Source of the DNA: a bacterium
Lineage (GTDB): Bacteria > Zhuqueibacterota > Zhuqueibacteria > Residuimicrobiales > Krinioviventaceae
NCBI GenBank assembly: GCA_963693055.1
Contig: OY843751.1
Coordinates: 1-64,000, forward strand
DNA: 64,000 nucleotides
Direction: 5' to 3'
Shown here: piece by piece, positions 20,423-30,816 of the stretch
Numbering within the stretch: position 1 is the first letter of the stretch
How the letters are laid out: each line of letters opens with the position of its first letter
Made by a program: the position numbers and the translations under genes
Notes under the pieces: generated by a model
Seen by the model: only the letters and a program-made list of their open reading frames with translations
Database searches by the model: none
Told to the model about the DNA's origin: nothing

Positions 20423-21862
20423 ATGATGAAAAGAATAATATATACAATTTTAGTCTTGATGATTTTGGTGTCTGCTGTTAACGCGCAAAACGCGAGAAAC
20501 GGTTTGGATATGCTAAATTCCAGAATCAATGCTGCGCAGGAGCTGTTAAAGCTGTTTCCTGATAGTCAGGCGGAACAATGGATTGACAGTGCGATTCGAC
20601 AACGGGATGAAGCGGTATCCTTTTTTAATCGTGGGCGAAACAATCTGGCTGCCGCAAAGATAAAAGCGGCTTTGGTTCTGATAAATCAGGCTATTGATCG
20701 TATTTCAGCAGTTCCTGTTGACAGGATACAGGAGCAGATAGATGAATTGATAAGGAATGCTGAGCAGCTCGTTCCGGGGATGAATAATCGCGAAGCAGAG
20801 CGAATGTTGAGCCAGGCCAAAGAGAACCGACAGGCCGGAATACGTGCATTACGTAATAAACAGACACGAAAGGCTATGGAACATTTTCGGGTTGCCAAGT
20901 TTTACGCTGAGAGATCAATCGGGCTTGTTCGCACATCAGGCTTGACTGTGAATCCGGAAACCCTTGAAGAAGAAAAAGAAAAGTATCTGGAACTTGTCAA
21001 TCGTGCAGAAGAACTGGTTGGCAGTTGTAATGATGAGCAGGCCATAAAACTGATCAATCAGGCAAAGGAACAATATCACAATATTTTGCAGGCTGTACAA
21101 TCCGGAAATTATAAAGTAGCTATTGGTTTGTATTACAGTAATACCCGGCTGTTACTGCGTGCTATAGATCTCTGCCAGGGACAGGGTTTTTCCATTCGGG
21201 AACAGGCTGTAGAAGAGGTGGAAATGCTTGGCGAATTGTTAAATACGGCAAAAAATGAAACCCATGTTAAATCCGGTTCACAGGCTGGTTTTGTTTTGGA
21301 CCGAGTTGAGCGGATTTATGATCAGGCCAATACAGCATTGAACGGAGAACGATACGAGATTGCTATTAGACGGGCAGTTTTGGGTAGAAATGTGCTGAAC
21401 CGTCTTTGGAGCAATACGCCAACTCAGATGAATGAACGGGTAGAGCAAGAGCTTGAAAGATTGCGGGATGAAATAGACCGGCAAGAGGATAATAGCGCAG
21501 CCGGAACCCGAAATGAATTGCTCAAAGCCGCACAGTCGAGTGCTGATGACGCGCAGAGATATCTGGGTGAAGGGCGTACCCGGTTGGCACTTGAAATGAT
21601 ATACGCGGGAAATCGTTTTGTTAATGCGGCTTCTTCACCGGCTGCAGATGCAAATCAGGATGACGTACGGGCAAGAGCAGACCAGCTTGAGCAAGAGATC
21701 CATAAATATGAATCGCGTGAGAATACAGAAACAAATGTAGATTTTGTAACGGAAGCGAAAAAAATGCTGCAGCGAGCTGAACAGGCTTTGGCAAGCAATC
21801 AGGCAATAGCTGCGAATGAATATATAAAATTGGGATTTAATTTTTTAGACAAAATTCACTAA
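20423..21862 (+). CDS. Exported all-alpha helical repeat protein of unknown function
   Basis: Signal peptide ending AVNA-Q; recurring Ala/Glu/Arg-rich helix-turn-helix units. Confidence 0.8.
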   Translation: MMKRIIYTILVLMILVSAVNAQNARNGLDMLNSRINAAQELLKLFPDSQAEQWIDSAIRQRDEAVSFFNRGRNNLAAAKIKAALVLINQAIDRISAVPVDRIQEQIDELIRNAEQLVPGMNNREAERMLSQAKENRQAGIRALRNKQTRKAMEHFRVAKFYAERSIGLVRTSGLTVNPETLEEEKEKYLELVNRAEELVGSCNDEQAIKLINQAKEQYHNILQAVQSGNYKVAIGLYYSNTRLLLRAIDLCQGQGFSIREQAVEEVEMLGELLNTAKNETHVKSGSQAGFVLDRVERIYDQANTALNGERYEIAIRRAVLGRNVLNRLWSNTPTQMNERVEQELERLRDEIDRQEDNSAAGTRNELLKAAQSSADDAQRYLGEGRTRLALEMIYAGNRFVNAASSPAADANQDDVRARADQLEQEIHKYESRENTETNVDFVTEAKKMLQRAEQALASNQAIAANEYIKLGFNFLDKIH

Positions 21863-22025
21863 AGGAGGTGGTGATCTGTGCTTAGATTGTTAAGAGAAGG
21901 ATAGACCCCGCTCAGGTTGATGTTTCAAATATGGTTGGGATGCCAAAGAAACGACCCAAACGGAGCCTTTTCCCCAAGTTAGTTTATTACCCATTTAAAA
22001 TCAATATCATTTTAAGGAGAATGTC

Positions 22026-25000
22026 ATGTTACCACATAAATTTTCAACAGGATTGGTGTGTCTACTGGTCATTTTTTTGACGGGGACCCTGTTTTCTCAA
22101 ACAATTGTATTGCATCCTCAGCGTCAATGGATTAATTATGGTGAAGGTTTACAATATGAAGCCCAGGCCTTTTCGGATTTGGGTATGCCGCTGGTAGTTG
22201 ATGAATATGAATGGAGTGTTTCACCAGAAACTGCCGGTACAATCTCAAACGAGGGTTATTTTGTAGCAGGAGACGAGTTTGTTAAAGCAAGCATTACCGC
22301 AACCGCAAGGATCAAAGGAGAGCGTGTATCTGGTGATGCGCTTGTTATTGTAGGAGAATCGCCAGATCCCGAAATTAGTATTGTTGTTGAACCAGAACAA
22401 GCTATTGTAGAACCCATGGGAACGTTAACATTTGCGGCAATTGCCAAGGGTCCCAATGGTATTTCATTACGCATTGATGGTGTTCGCTGGTTGGTATCTC
22501 CACGGAGTATTGGAATGATATCTGATGAAGGTGTTTTTACCGCCGGACCGCGGTTTGCCGAAGGAACGGTAACTGCAGTTGTTGATATTGAAGGTGTACA
22601 ATTTAAAGGCGAAGCGGAAGTACTGGTGAGTTCTGAACCTACGGGTTCTATTTTCGGTACAGTAACCGATGAAAGCGGTAGTGTAATTGACGGGGCTCAA
22701 GTTGCGGTCATTCGTTTGGGAATTCCGGTACAGCGGAAAATTATGGATGTCTCGGAGGATGGTAGTTATATGTTTGATAATCTTGTGCCGGGTAATTTTG
22801 TTGTTGTTGCAGAAGCTGATGGATATATACGAGAGTTTTATAACAATGTGACAGATTTTGATCAAACAACTCCGGTTAGTGTGGGTGTGGAGGAAGATGT
22901 GACTGAAATTAATTTTGAATTGGGCACCGGTGGCAGCATTACCGGCGTGATCACCGATGAAGCCACTGGTGATCCGATTGAAGGTGTTAGCCTCACAGCT
23001 GTACTTACAGTGAACCCTACCCGTCGTTATCACGCATTGAGTGATGTAAATGGAGAATATGCAATTACCGGTATGAAAACAGGCTCATACGCCGTGTTTG
23101 CCAACAAATCAGGATATGTTGCAGAATATTATGATAATGTTCGTTTGCCTGAAGATGTTACTCCTGTCAGTGTTACTGCTCCTGATGAAACATCGGGTAT
23201 TGATATGGCGTTGACAGTGACCAATGCCTTGACAGGTATTGTGACCAGTGATGCAGATGGATCGCCCATCGAAGGTGCTATTGTAGCCGTACGTGAATTG
23301 GTATCTGAAAGCCCGCAGACGGGTGAAGGTTTTTTGAATCAGTTCAGACATGTTGCCCGTACAGATGAAAACGGAGCATTCTCTTTACAGTTGAATCCCG
23401 GATTTTACCTGGTTTACACCCGTGCTTCCGATTTTGTACCTGAATGGTTTGATGGGGTAGATGAGGCAGAAACCGCAACGCCTGTGCAGATTTTTGAAGA
23501 CCAGCATACTGAAATAGAAGTAGGTTTGGCCCCGTTTGGCAGTATCTCCGGAACGGTTACAGATGAAAACACAGGTTTATCTATGCAGGGTGTACGTGTT
23601 GCCGCGTTTTATGAAGGCAATTTGTACGGATATGGACGAAAATTCAGTGCAATTACAGATGAAAATGGTGACTATATAATTCCTTCTGTACCAACAGGTG
23701 AGTTTTTTGTAGCAGCGAATGCTGACAGTTATCTGGTTGAATTTTGGCAGGAAGCTGACTCGCTTGCAAATGCTGCAAAAGTTACAGTTGAAAGTGGTGT
23801 GCCGGTACAGGATATTGATTTTACATTGTCTGCCGGTGGAATTCTTGGCGGTCAGGTTGTTGATTCCGAGTCTGCAACACCGCTCGAAAATGCTATTGTC
23901 AGAGTAGAACGTGTCGACGGCAAGTTGAGGAAAACTGCAAAAACAGACGCTGATGGATTTTGGACCATTAAGGGATTGCCTGCTGGTAGCTATCTTGCAA
24001 TCGCGGTAAAACGTGGATATGAACGTGAATGGTATCTTGATGAGGCAAGCAGGGAAGATGCAGATGAGATCGAACTTTTAGACTCCGGCTCTAATGTGAA
24101 TATTAATTTTACCCTTGCAGAGCTCGCATTGAGCGGTAGTGGAATCTCTGGTGTTGTTATGGATGAGAGTGGTGAAATTCCGGTAGAAGGCGCAATAGTA
24201 ACCATGATGCCTTTGGATTTTGCAAAACCCCGCAGAGGCGTAACCGGCCCTGATGGCTCTTATGAAATTCTGGGTGTAACTCCTGGTGATTATATTATCA
24301 GTTGCCGTGCCCTGAATTATGTTGGTGAATTTTATGACAATGTATATTCATGGCTGGACGCTGATGCAGTAACTGTTGAAACCGATATCGTTACACCGGA
24401 TATAAATTTCAATTTGGCAGCGCAGGAAGAAGGCGCTTATACCATTAAAGGTATGATTGTAGATAAAAAAGGTAATGCCAAAGAAGGTGCACTTGTGGTT
24501 GCAAAGCAGGCTGGAGAGGTTATAGCAGCCGAGATCACCGAGGCTGATGGTAGTTTTCTGCTGCATGGCGTACCCGCTGGCAAGTATTCTCTTATGGCAT
24601 CACAAACCGGTTATGATGAAAGTTATTTGGATGGAACATCTGAAGAAAATTCAAAAGATCTGAGTGTTGGTGATGGCCTGCAAGTATATGACACGGTTAT
24701 TGTTTTGGGTGATGTAACAACTGCTATTGAAACGGAAACAATGGTTCCTGTTGCGTATCAACTTGAGCAAAATTATCCCAATCCATTTAATCCGTCAACA
24801 ACCATTCGGTTTGTATTGCCCAATACCGCGCAAGTAAAATTACAGATTTTTAATTTGCTTGGTAAAAATGTGCGTACTATATTTGAAGGCTCAAGACAAG
24901 CTGGTGCGTATTCATTGTCGTGGGATGGAACCGATAATAACGGTGTTGTGCTGGCATCCGGTATGTATATTTATCGGTTGGAAGCGCAGTCCGAATCCGG

Positions 25001-25040
25001 GCGGTTTGTTGATCAAAAACGAATGATATTTATTAAATAA
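22026..25040 (+). CDS. Surface protein with 2 Ig-like domains, 7 carboxypeptidase-regulatory-like repeats and a C-terminal FlgD/T9SS-type sorting domain
   Basis: Repeats G.I.G.V.D..G.P.EGA...GY..E(F/Y/W)Y; tail LEQNYPNPFNPSTTIRF...WDGTD..G..LASGMYIY. Confidence 0.88.
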   Translation: MLPHKFSTGLVCLLVIFLTGTLFSQTIVLHPQRQWINYGEGLQYEAQAFSDLGMPLVVDEYEWSVSPETAGTISNEGYFVAGDEFVKASITATARIKGERVSGDALVIVGESPDPEISIVVEPEQAIVEPMGTLTFAAIAKGPNGISLRIDGVRWLVSPRSIGMISDEGVFTAGPRFAEGTVTAVVDIEGVQFKGEAEVLVSSEPTGSIFGTVTDESGSVIDGAQVAVIRLGIPVQRKIMDVSEDGSYMFDNLVPGNFVVVAEADGYIREFYNNVTDFDQTTPVSVGVEEDVTEINFELGTGGSITGVITDEATGDPIEGVSLTAVLTVNPTRRYHALSDVNGEYAITGMKTGSYAVFANKSGYVAEYYDNVRLPEDVTPVSVTAPDETSGIDMALTVTNALTGIVTSDADGSPIEGAIVAVRELVSESPQTGEGFLNQFRHVARTDENGAFSLQLNPGFYLVYTRASDFVPEWFDGVDEAETATPVQIFEDQHTEIEVGLAPFGSISGTVTDENTGLSMQGVRVAAFYEGNLYGYGRKFSAITDENGDYIIPSVPTGEFFVAANADSYLVEFWQEADSLANAAKVTVESGVPVQDIDFTLSAGGILGGQVVDSESATPLENAIVRVERVDGKLRKTAKTDADGFWTIKGLPAGSYLAIAVKRGYEREWYLDEASREDADEIELLDSGSNVNINFTLAELALSGSGISGVVMDESGEIPVEGAIVTMMPLDFAKPRRGVTGPDGSYEILGVTPGDYIISCRALNYVGEFYDNVYSWLDADAVTVETDIVTPDINFNLAAQEEGAYTIKGMIVDKKGNAKEGALVVAKQAGEVIAAEITEADGSFLLHGVPAGKYSLMASQTGYDESYLDGTSEENSKDLSVGDGLQVYDTVIVLGDVTTAIETETMVPVAYQLEQNYPNPFNPSTTIRFVLPNTAQVKLQIFNLLGKNVRTIFEGSRQAGAYSLSWDGTDNNGVVLASGMYIYRLEAQSESGRFVDQKRMIFIK

Positions 25041-25048
25041 AATTGACT

Positions 25049-25076
25049 GTCATGGCCCCGTTTCCGGGGCCATGAC
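25049..25076 (+). terminator. GC-rich stem-loop (terminator or mRNA stabiliser)
   Basis: GTCATGGCCCCG-TTTC-CGGGGCCATGAC 12-bp perfect stem; no U-tract. Confidence 0.5.
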
Positions 25077-25096
25077 TGATCAGTAATCGTTGGGAG

Positions 25097-26686
25097 TTGT
25101 ACAAGATCACTGCATTACTGAAAAATAGTATTCTGGGGTTGGTTTTATTTGTCTGTACGCTTTCCTTTGCAGTAGAACCCACTATTGATTCAGCACAGGA
25201 TGAAACCGCATCTGCGGAATATACACTTTACCAGATAAAAATGTCTCATATTGAGCGAATGCTCAAGCAAAATCCAAATGTAAAAGCAGATATTTTAGCC
25301 GAAGTCAGATCGCTAATGCAGGATGCAGTCCTTTTAGCTGATGAACGCATGTACGATATTGCTGCAGAATATCTGGAAAATGTAATTAGCTTGTTGGAAC
25401 AGCCTATGGTCCAGACGCTGGCAATATCTGGTGTTCAATACAAAAAACCGTCTTCGTCCCTGAAATGGGATTTTATTGCGTTTACGGGTTCAGAATACTG
25501 GCAGCAAAAGTTTGGTCTTGTTTTTAATGAAAAAGACAGTACCATTACGGATGAACAGACCAATCCTCATGGCGGATTAAGGGTTTACCTTGATTTTGAA
25601 AAGGGAGAAGCGATACAAAGCCAGATGCAGATCGAGTTGAAATCGAGTCAGGAATACAACTCGGCCAGTATTTATCTGGAACATTATCAAAAATTCACAA
25701 ATAAATTTCGCGGCGTCTTTAAAAACGCCTCTGAAAAAACATCATATAAGCAGAATACAGAGCTTAGCTTTTTTGATAACAGTTTTGAAGCGGGGTTCTA
25801 TTATCAACCCATAGAAAAGCTTGTTTTTTCACTTGATGATGAATTTGAACTGCGCAAGTATAACATCGAGTCAGAGTATTTTTCAAATTACAAACAAAAT
25901 CGTCTGCAATTATCAGCAGAAACCCGCATACCTGACTTTGGCCGTCTCAAAGTAGGGGGCGAGAGACGTTTCCGTAAATACGGGCTGGATGCTTTACGTG
26001 ATTATGATGAGCCCTCTTTAAATGCGCAATTGTGGCCAGACTTGTATACCCGTTTTTCTTTGACAGATATGTTCAGATACAGAACCCGGCAATATGTACA
26101 TGGGTATATTGATTCATTGTACACTAATAATTTCAGTGATATTTACAACCTGGCTGATTTGCGTTATACTCTGTTTGGAGATACGCGCTTTATGTTAGAG
26201 TTTGAAGTTGAATCCCGCGCGTATGAGACCATAACATCATCAATCCCGGATTATTTGGACTATAATGTTGAACCAGGGTTTGAAACAGGTTTGGGGGATT
26301 ATTTTACACTGCAATTGGGGTACAGGTTTAGAAATAAATTGCATGATATAGGCGGAGAAACAGATGAATCGGTGCAGATTGAAGATTTTTATTCGCATGG
26401 CCCGGTGTTTACTCTGGATATTATGATGATGAATGGCTTTCTTGCCAGTATTTCCAATTCTTATCAGGCACAGCGATACCCCAATTACACCAGTTATGAT
26501 TATTCAGGCTTATCCCTTTATTCTAACCGCAATATCAATTCTTTTTTTTTCTATCTCTCCTGGGACCTAACCTCAAGCATTGAGATCAATGGGATGGGTA
26601 TGATTGATTATGATACCGATCAGGAGCTTGAAGGAGCCAACACTATCAGCAATCTTTTAAATTTTGAACTTTTATACAAATTTTAA
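25097..26686 (+). CDS. Putative outer-membrane beta-barrel protein with N-terminal helical domain
   Basis: Signal peptide, Tyr/Phe-rich alternating strands, C-terminal FELLYKF; start uncertain. Confidence 0.7.
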   Translation: MYKITALLKNSILGLVLFVCTLSFAVEPTIDSAQDETASAEYTLYQIKMSHIERMLKQNPNVKADILAEVRSLMQDAVLLADERMYDIAAEYLENVISLLEQPMVQTLAISGVQYKKPSSSLKWDFIAFTGSEYWQQKFGLVFNEKDSTITDEQTNPHGGLRVYLDFEKGEAIQSQMQIELKSSQEYNSASIYLEHYQKFTNKFRGVFKNASEKTSYKQNTELSFFDNSFEAGFYYQPIEKLVFSLDDEFELRKYNIESEYFSNYKQNRLQLSAETRIPDFGRLKVGGERRFRKYGLDALRDYDEPSLNAQLWPDLYTRFSLTDMFRYRTRQYVHGYIDSLYTNNFSDIYNLADLRYTLFGDTRFMLEFEVESRAYETITSSIPDYLDYNVEPGFETGLGDYFTLQLGYRFRNKLHDIGGETDESVQIEDFYSHGPVFTLDIMMMNGFLASISNSYQAQRYPNYTSYDYSGLSLYSNRNINSFFFYLSWDLTSSIEINGMGMIDYDTDQELEGANTISNLLNFELLYKF

Positions 26687-26733
26687 ATTGCTTACCTTGT
26701 ATTTTACAGTGTAATTTATTTAAGGTGGGAGAC

Positions 26734-27387
26734 ATGAACGATAAAAAACGAGGTTTGTATCTCGGAGCCGCAATTGTGGTTTTTGGCTTTATCCTTTTAA
26801 TGAACAACATTGGTATTCTGGATAATGCAGATGATTTTTTAGGTGGTGTTTTCTTTTTATTATTGTCTTTTTTGTTTTTTCATGTATATCGTCAAAAAAA
26901 CGGGAACTGGTGGGCTATCATCCCTTCGCTTTTTCTATTTATTATCGGGATTTCCATGCTGTTTAAGGACTTTGGTTTTTTTCCCGAAGAGATTATTGGA
27001 GTCGCGTTTTTATGGGGAGGAGCTTTGATCTTTGGTATGGTATATTACCGGAACCATGATCATTGGTGGGCTATCATTCCTGCTGGTGCAATGCTTACAG
27101 TGGGTACCATTGTATTGGTAGAAGAATTTAATCTCATGCCCAATGGAGATATTGGCGAGGTTGTTTTTTTTCTGGGTGTTGGATTAACCTTTTTTTATTT
27201 ATATACACTGGCTTCAGAACAGTATCGTTTAAAATGGGCCATCTTTCCTGCTGCAGGATGCTTATTACTGGCAATTGTTGTATATGCCGAGTCCGTTTCC
27301 TGGTTACGAGCGGATATGATTATTCCTATTCTGTTGATAGGTATTGGAGCATTTATAGTTATTAGGGCAGGTAAATCCAAATCATGA
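26734..27387 (+). CDS. Integral membrane protein with repeated WWAIIP motif (LiaF/DUF5668-like)
   Basis: About 8 hydrophobic segments; NWWAIIP, HWWAIIP, KWAIFP repeats. Confidence 0.7.
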   Translation: MNDKKRGLYLGAAIVVFGFILLMNNIGILDNADDFLGGVFFLLLSFLFFHVYRQKNGNWWAIIPSLFLFIIGISMLFKDFGFFPEEIIGVAFLWGGALIFGMVYYRNHDHWWAIIPAGAMLTVGTIVLVEEFNLMPNGDIGEVVFFLGVGLTFFYLYTLASEQYRLKWAIFPAAGCLLLAIVVYAESVSWLRADMIIPILLIGIGAFIVIRAGKSKS

Positions 27388-28589
27388 AATTTTTTCGTTC
27401 AAGACAAGAACCTTTGCCCGCATCGTCGCAGGAACCCATGCAGGTAGATCGCGTAGCAGTACTATCTGCCGGTCATTTTGTGAATGACGTATACCCCGGT
27501 TTTGTACCACCATTGTTACCGCTGTTAATGGAAAAGATTGGTTTTGGTCTGCCTCTGGCTGGTGCGTTGATCTCATTCATGTCTGTTTTCAACTCGCTCG
27601 CGCAACCGGTTTTCGGGCATATTGCGGACAAGACAAAACATCCGTATCTGGTTGTGTTTGGTCCATTGGTTACCGCCATTTTTCTGGGCTGTATTGGCGT
27701 TTTGAACAGTTATGGAATGCTGGTTTTATTTGTCATTATATCCGGTTTGGGTACAGCAGCTTTTCATCCCCAATCTGCGGTATATACCACCCGCGCCAGT
27801 GGTCGACGGGCGGGACTGGGTATGTCTATCTTTGTCACTGGCGGCAGCGCTGGTCATGCTTTGGGCCCCATAATCATAATTCCTATTGTGACCTATCTGG
27901 GTTTACAATACAGTCTTGTTACCATGATTTTTGGTATATTGATTTCAGGATTTATGTTTCTAACGTTGCCTTCTTTTGAGCATGTACCGGTTAGACAAAA
28001 AAGTGCCAGTTTACCAAAACTGGATTTTAAAAAGCATTCCTCTCTGGTGTTTTTGTGGGTCATTGTTTCTGTCAGGGCGTTTATCATTGTTGGATTTATT
28101 ACCTATCTGCCGATTTATCTGCATAATAAATCATTTTCACTGTTTATTTCAGGCTCTGCCATAACATTGTTTGAATTGTCAGGTGCGGCAGGCTCAATGA
28201 TAGGCGGCAGTTTATCTGATTATTTGGGAAAAAAACGGATTATTGTATTAACATTGTTTCTTTCATTACCATGCCTGTACCTTTTTCTTCAGCTTCAAGG
28301 AGTACTCGCCTTTTTAATGTTGGCGCTTGCCGGTGTGTTTATATATGGATCCATACCGGTAGTAATTATCATGGCCCAGGAGTTATATCCTTCCCGGGTA
28401 AATACGGTGTCTTCACTGATGATGGGAGTATCTTGGGGCGTGGGAGGATTGCTGGTAACTCCTCTGGGCTGGTATGCTGATAAATTTGGAATGAAATCCG
28501 CATTTATGGTTTTAATTATACTCGGCGTTATGGCTGCAATTGCTGCCATGTTTTTGCCGGATACCCGTAAACATTTGGTTCATGTATGA
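27384..28589 (+). CDS. MFS transporter (Fsr-like)
   Basis: GHFVNDVY, QPVFGHIAD, GLGTAAFHP; about 12 TM segments. Confidence 0.9.
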   Translation: MKFFRSRQEPLPASSQEPMQVDRVAVLSAGHFVNDVYPGFVPPLLPLLMEKIGFGLPLAGALISFMSVFNSLAQPVFGHIADKTKHPYLVVFGPLVTAIFLGCIGVLNSYGMLVLFVIISGLGTAAFHPQSAVYTTRASGRRAGLGMSIFVTGGSAGHALGPIIIIPIVTYLGLQYSLVTMIFGILISGFMFLTLPSFEHVPVRQKSASLPKLDFKKHSSLVFLWVIVSVRAFIIVGFITYLPIYLHNKSFSLFISGSAITLFELSGAAGSMIGGSLSDYLGKKRIIVLTLFLSLPCLYLFLQLQGVLAFLMLALAGVFIYGSIPVVIIMAQELYPSRVNTVSSLMMGVSWGVGGLLVTPLGWYADKFGMKSAFMVLIILGVMAAIAAMFLPDTRKHLVHV

Positions 28590-29995
28590 GCAAACAAGAT
28601 ATTTTAAAACAATTACCTTCTGTCGATTCCCTACTGGGTGAGAGTACTTTTGAAGCACTATTGAAAGAATATTCAAGAGATATAATCAAATCCCAGTGCC
28701 AGCGAGTATTGGAAACTTTGAGAGCAGATATTCTTAATGAAAAGGGAAATTACAAAGCAGATAAAGACGCGTTTACAAGTTTAATTTTTAAGCAAGTTGG
28801 ACAGATTATGTCCAATGAATTTAAACCGGCACTCAAGCCGGTTATCAATGCAACAGGCATTATTCTCCATACGGGATTGGGCAGGGCACCTTTTTCGTCC
28901 TCTGCTCAAGCGCATGTTAATAATGTTATGCAGGGATATACCAATCTGGAACTGGATATGGAGAGTGGCAAGAGAGGTGTTCGGCATGAACATGTTGGTA
29001 AAATGTTGTGTCATCTGACAGGTGCAGAGGCTGCTGTGGTAGTTAATAATAATGCAGCTGCTGTTTTTATTGCTCTGAACACACTTGCATTTAATCGCGA
29101 GGCAATTGTCTCACGTGGACAATTGGTAGAGATTGGCGGCTCTTTTCGCATTCCGGATGTGATGGAGAAAAGCGGTGCGAAAATGGTTGAAGTGGGTACA
29201 ACCAATAAAACCAAACTTGACGATTATGAAAAAGCTATTTCAGATGAAACTGGCGCTATTATGGTAGCACATACTTCTAATTTCAGGGTGTTGGGGTTTA
29301 CCCACGAGGTGAGTATCGACGAGCTGTCTCAATTGGTTAAAAATAAAAATGTACCGGTTATACATGATCTGGGTGGCGGTGTGCTTTTAAATCTGGAACA
29401 ATATGGATTGCCATATGAGCCCCTGGTTCAGGATAGTATTCGCAGTGGCGCCGATGTGGTTACCTTTAGCGGTGACAAGGTGTTGGGCGGTCCGCAATGT
29501 GGTATTATTGTGGGGAAAAAGAAGTGGATTGAAAAAATAGAAAAGAATCCCATCATGCGTGCAGTGCGGTGTGACAAGCTGATATATGCTGCACTGGAAG
29601 CAACGTTGGAGCTGTTTTTTCATCAAGACCCAATATCCGGAGGACACCGGGTGTTGAGCATGTTTACAGAGTCATCTGAAAAGGTGTATCAACGGGCGGA
29701 AAAAATATACAATGCAATAAAGAATAGTGGCATTACAGATTATAAAGTCGAGTTGAAAGAAAGTTTTGCCCAGGCCGGCAGCGGTGCTCTGCCCCTTGAA
29801 AAAATCAAGAGTGCGGCGTTAGTAGTTACATCTCAAAAACACTCTATTGAAAAACTCGGAAAAATATTTAGAACTTTTAAACAACCTGTAATGGGATATG
29901 TTAAAAATGATGCATTGTATCTGGACATTCGTACGGTTTCAGATAAAGAAGCAGAAATGTTGGAAACAATTCTAGTTGAGGTATTGGGTGGCTAA
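28586..29995 (+). CDS. selA: L-seryl-tRNA(Sec) selenium transferase
   Basis: LPSVD, VINATGIILHTGLGRA, VNNNAAA, SRGQLVEIGGSFRIPD, FSGDKVLGGPQ. Confidence 0.95.
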   Translation: MSKQDILKQLPSVDSLLGESTFEALLKEYSRDIIKSQCQRVLETLRADILNEKGNYKADKDAFTSLIFKQVGQIMSNEFKPALKPVINATGIILHTGLGRAPFSSSAQAHVNNVMQGYTNLELDMESGKRGVRHEHVGKMLCHLTGAEAAVVVNNNAAAVFIALNTLAFNREAIVSRGQLVEIGGSFRIPDVMEKSGAKMVEVGTTNKTKLDDYEKAISDETGAIMVAHTSNFRVLGFTHEVSIDELSQLVKNKNVPVIHDLGGGVLLNLEQYGLPYEPLVQDSIRSGADVVTFSGDKVLGGPQCGIIVGKKKWIEKIEKNPIMRAVRCDKLIYAALEATLELFFHQDPISGGHRVLSMFTESSEKVYQRAEKIYNAIKNSGITDYKVELKESFAQAGSGALPLEKIKSAALVVTSQKHSIEKLGKIFRTFKQPVMGYVKNDALYLDIRTVSDKEAEMLETILVEVLGG

Positions 29996-30627
29996 TTGCT
30001 TTCAATGATAACATTTTTCATTTCACCCTCTACTTTTGCGTGTTTGGCAATTTTTACAATAACCTCTATATCATTTTCTTTGTTGATGATATCACCTTTG
30101 ACACGGCAATTTTTACCAATAATGATATAAAGGGGTTTTTCCCTGTTTGAATCGCTTTTGTTGTCTTTAACAATAATATCGTTTTTTACAGTTGAACCTT
30201 TACGCAGTGATATATTACCATTATAAGTGGTGATATTTTCATTTACGGTTGTGCCATAAAGGGTAATGGAGCCGTTAACTGTTTCAATATTATCTTCAAT
30301 TTTGGTTCCAAATTTACAATTTATGGAACCGTTAACAGAGGATATGCTGCCGCGTACATGGGTATCTTCGGCAATTTTTATAGATCCATTAACGGATTGC
30401 AAACTGCGGATTTGGCCGTTTTTCCCGATGCGTATGGATCCGTTGACTGACCGACAAGTGCCGGATATTTTACAATCATTACCAACATGAATGCTGCCAT
30501 TTACGGTAGAACAGCTGCCGCTATTGTCACCATCATCGATATAGATAGACTTGTTCACCGAAATATTCATGGCAGATAATTGAACAGAAAGAATGACAAA
30601 TATTGCTGTAGAAAGCAGCTTTTTCAT
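29992..30627 (-). CDS. DUF4097/adhesin-like beta-strand repeat secreted protein
   Basis: Signal peptide; tandem (S/T)VNGSI repeats; ATG 30627 has GGAG upstream. Confidence 0.75.
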   Translation of the reverse strand: MKKLLSTAIFVILSVQLSAMNISVNKSIYIDDGDNSGSCSTVNGSIHVGNDCKISGTCRSVNGSIRIGKNGQIRSLQSVNGSIKIAEDTHVRGSISSVNGSINCKFGTKIEDNIETVNGSITLYGTTVNENITTYNGNISLRKGSTVKNDIIVKDNKSDSNREKPLYIIIGKNCRVKGDIINKENDIEVIVKIAKHAKVEGEMKNVIIESN

Positions 30628-30816
30628 AAAAAAACTCCGGTTTATTTCACTATTGGTTACGAAAAATTTGGATTTTTGTTTCATATTTCATAAATTTCTA
30701 ATTGTATTTTTGATTGACTGATAAGAGTTGATTTTTGTTTGACTTTTATGTGTAAAAATTTGTATATTGTCTGTCTTTTCGTTTTTTGTTATTAATCGTT
30801 TGGAGGTTCTACATCT

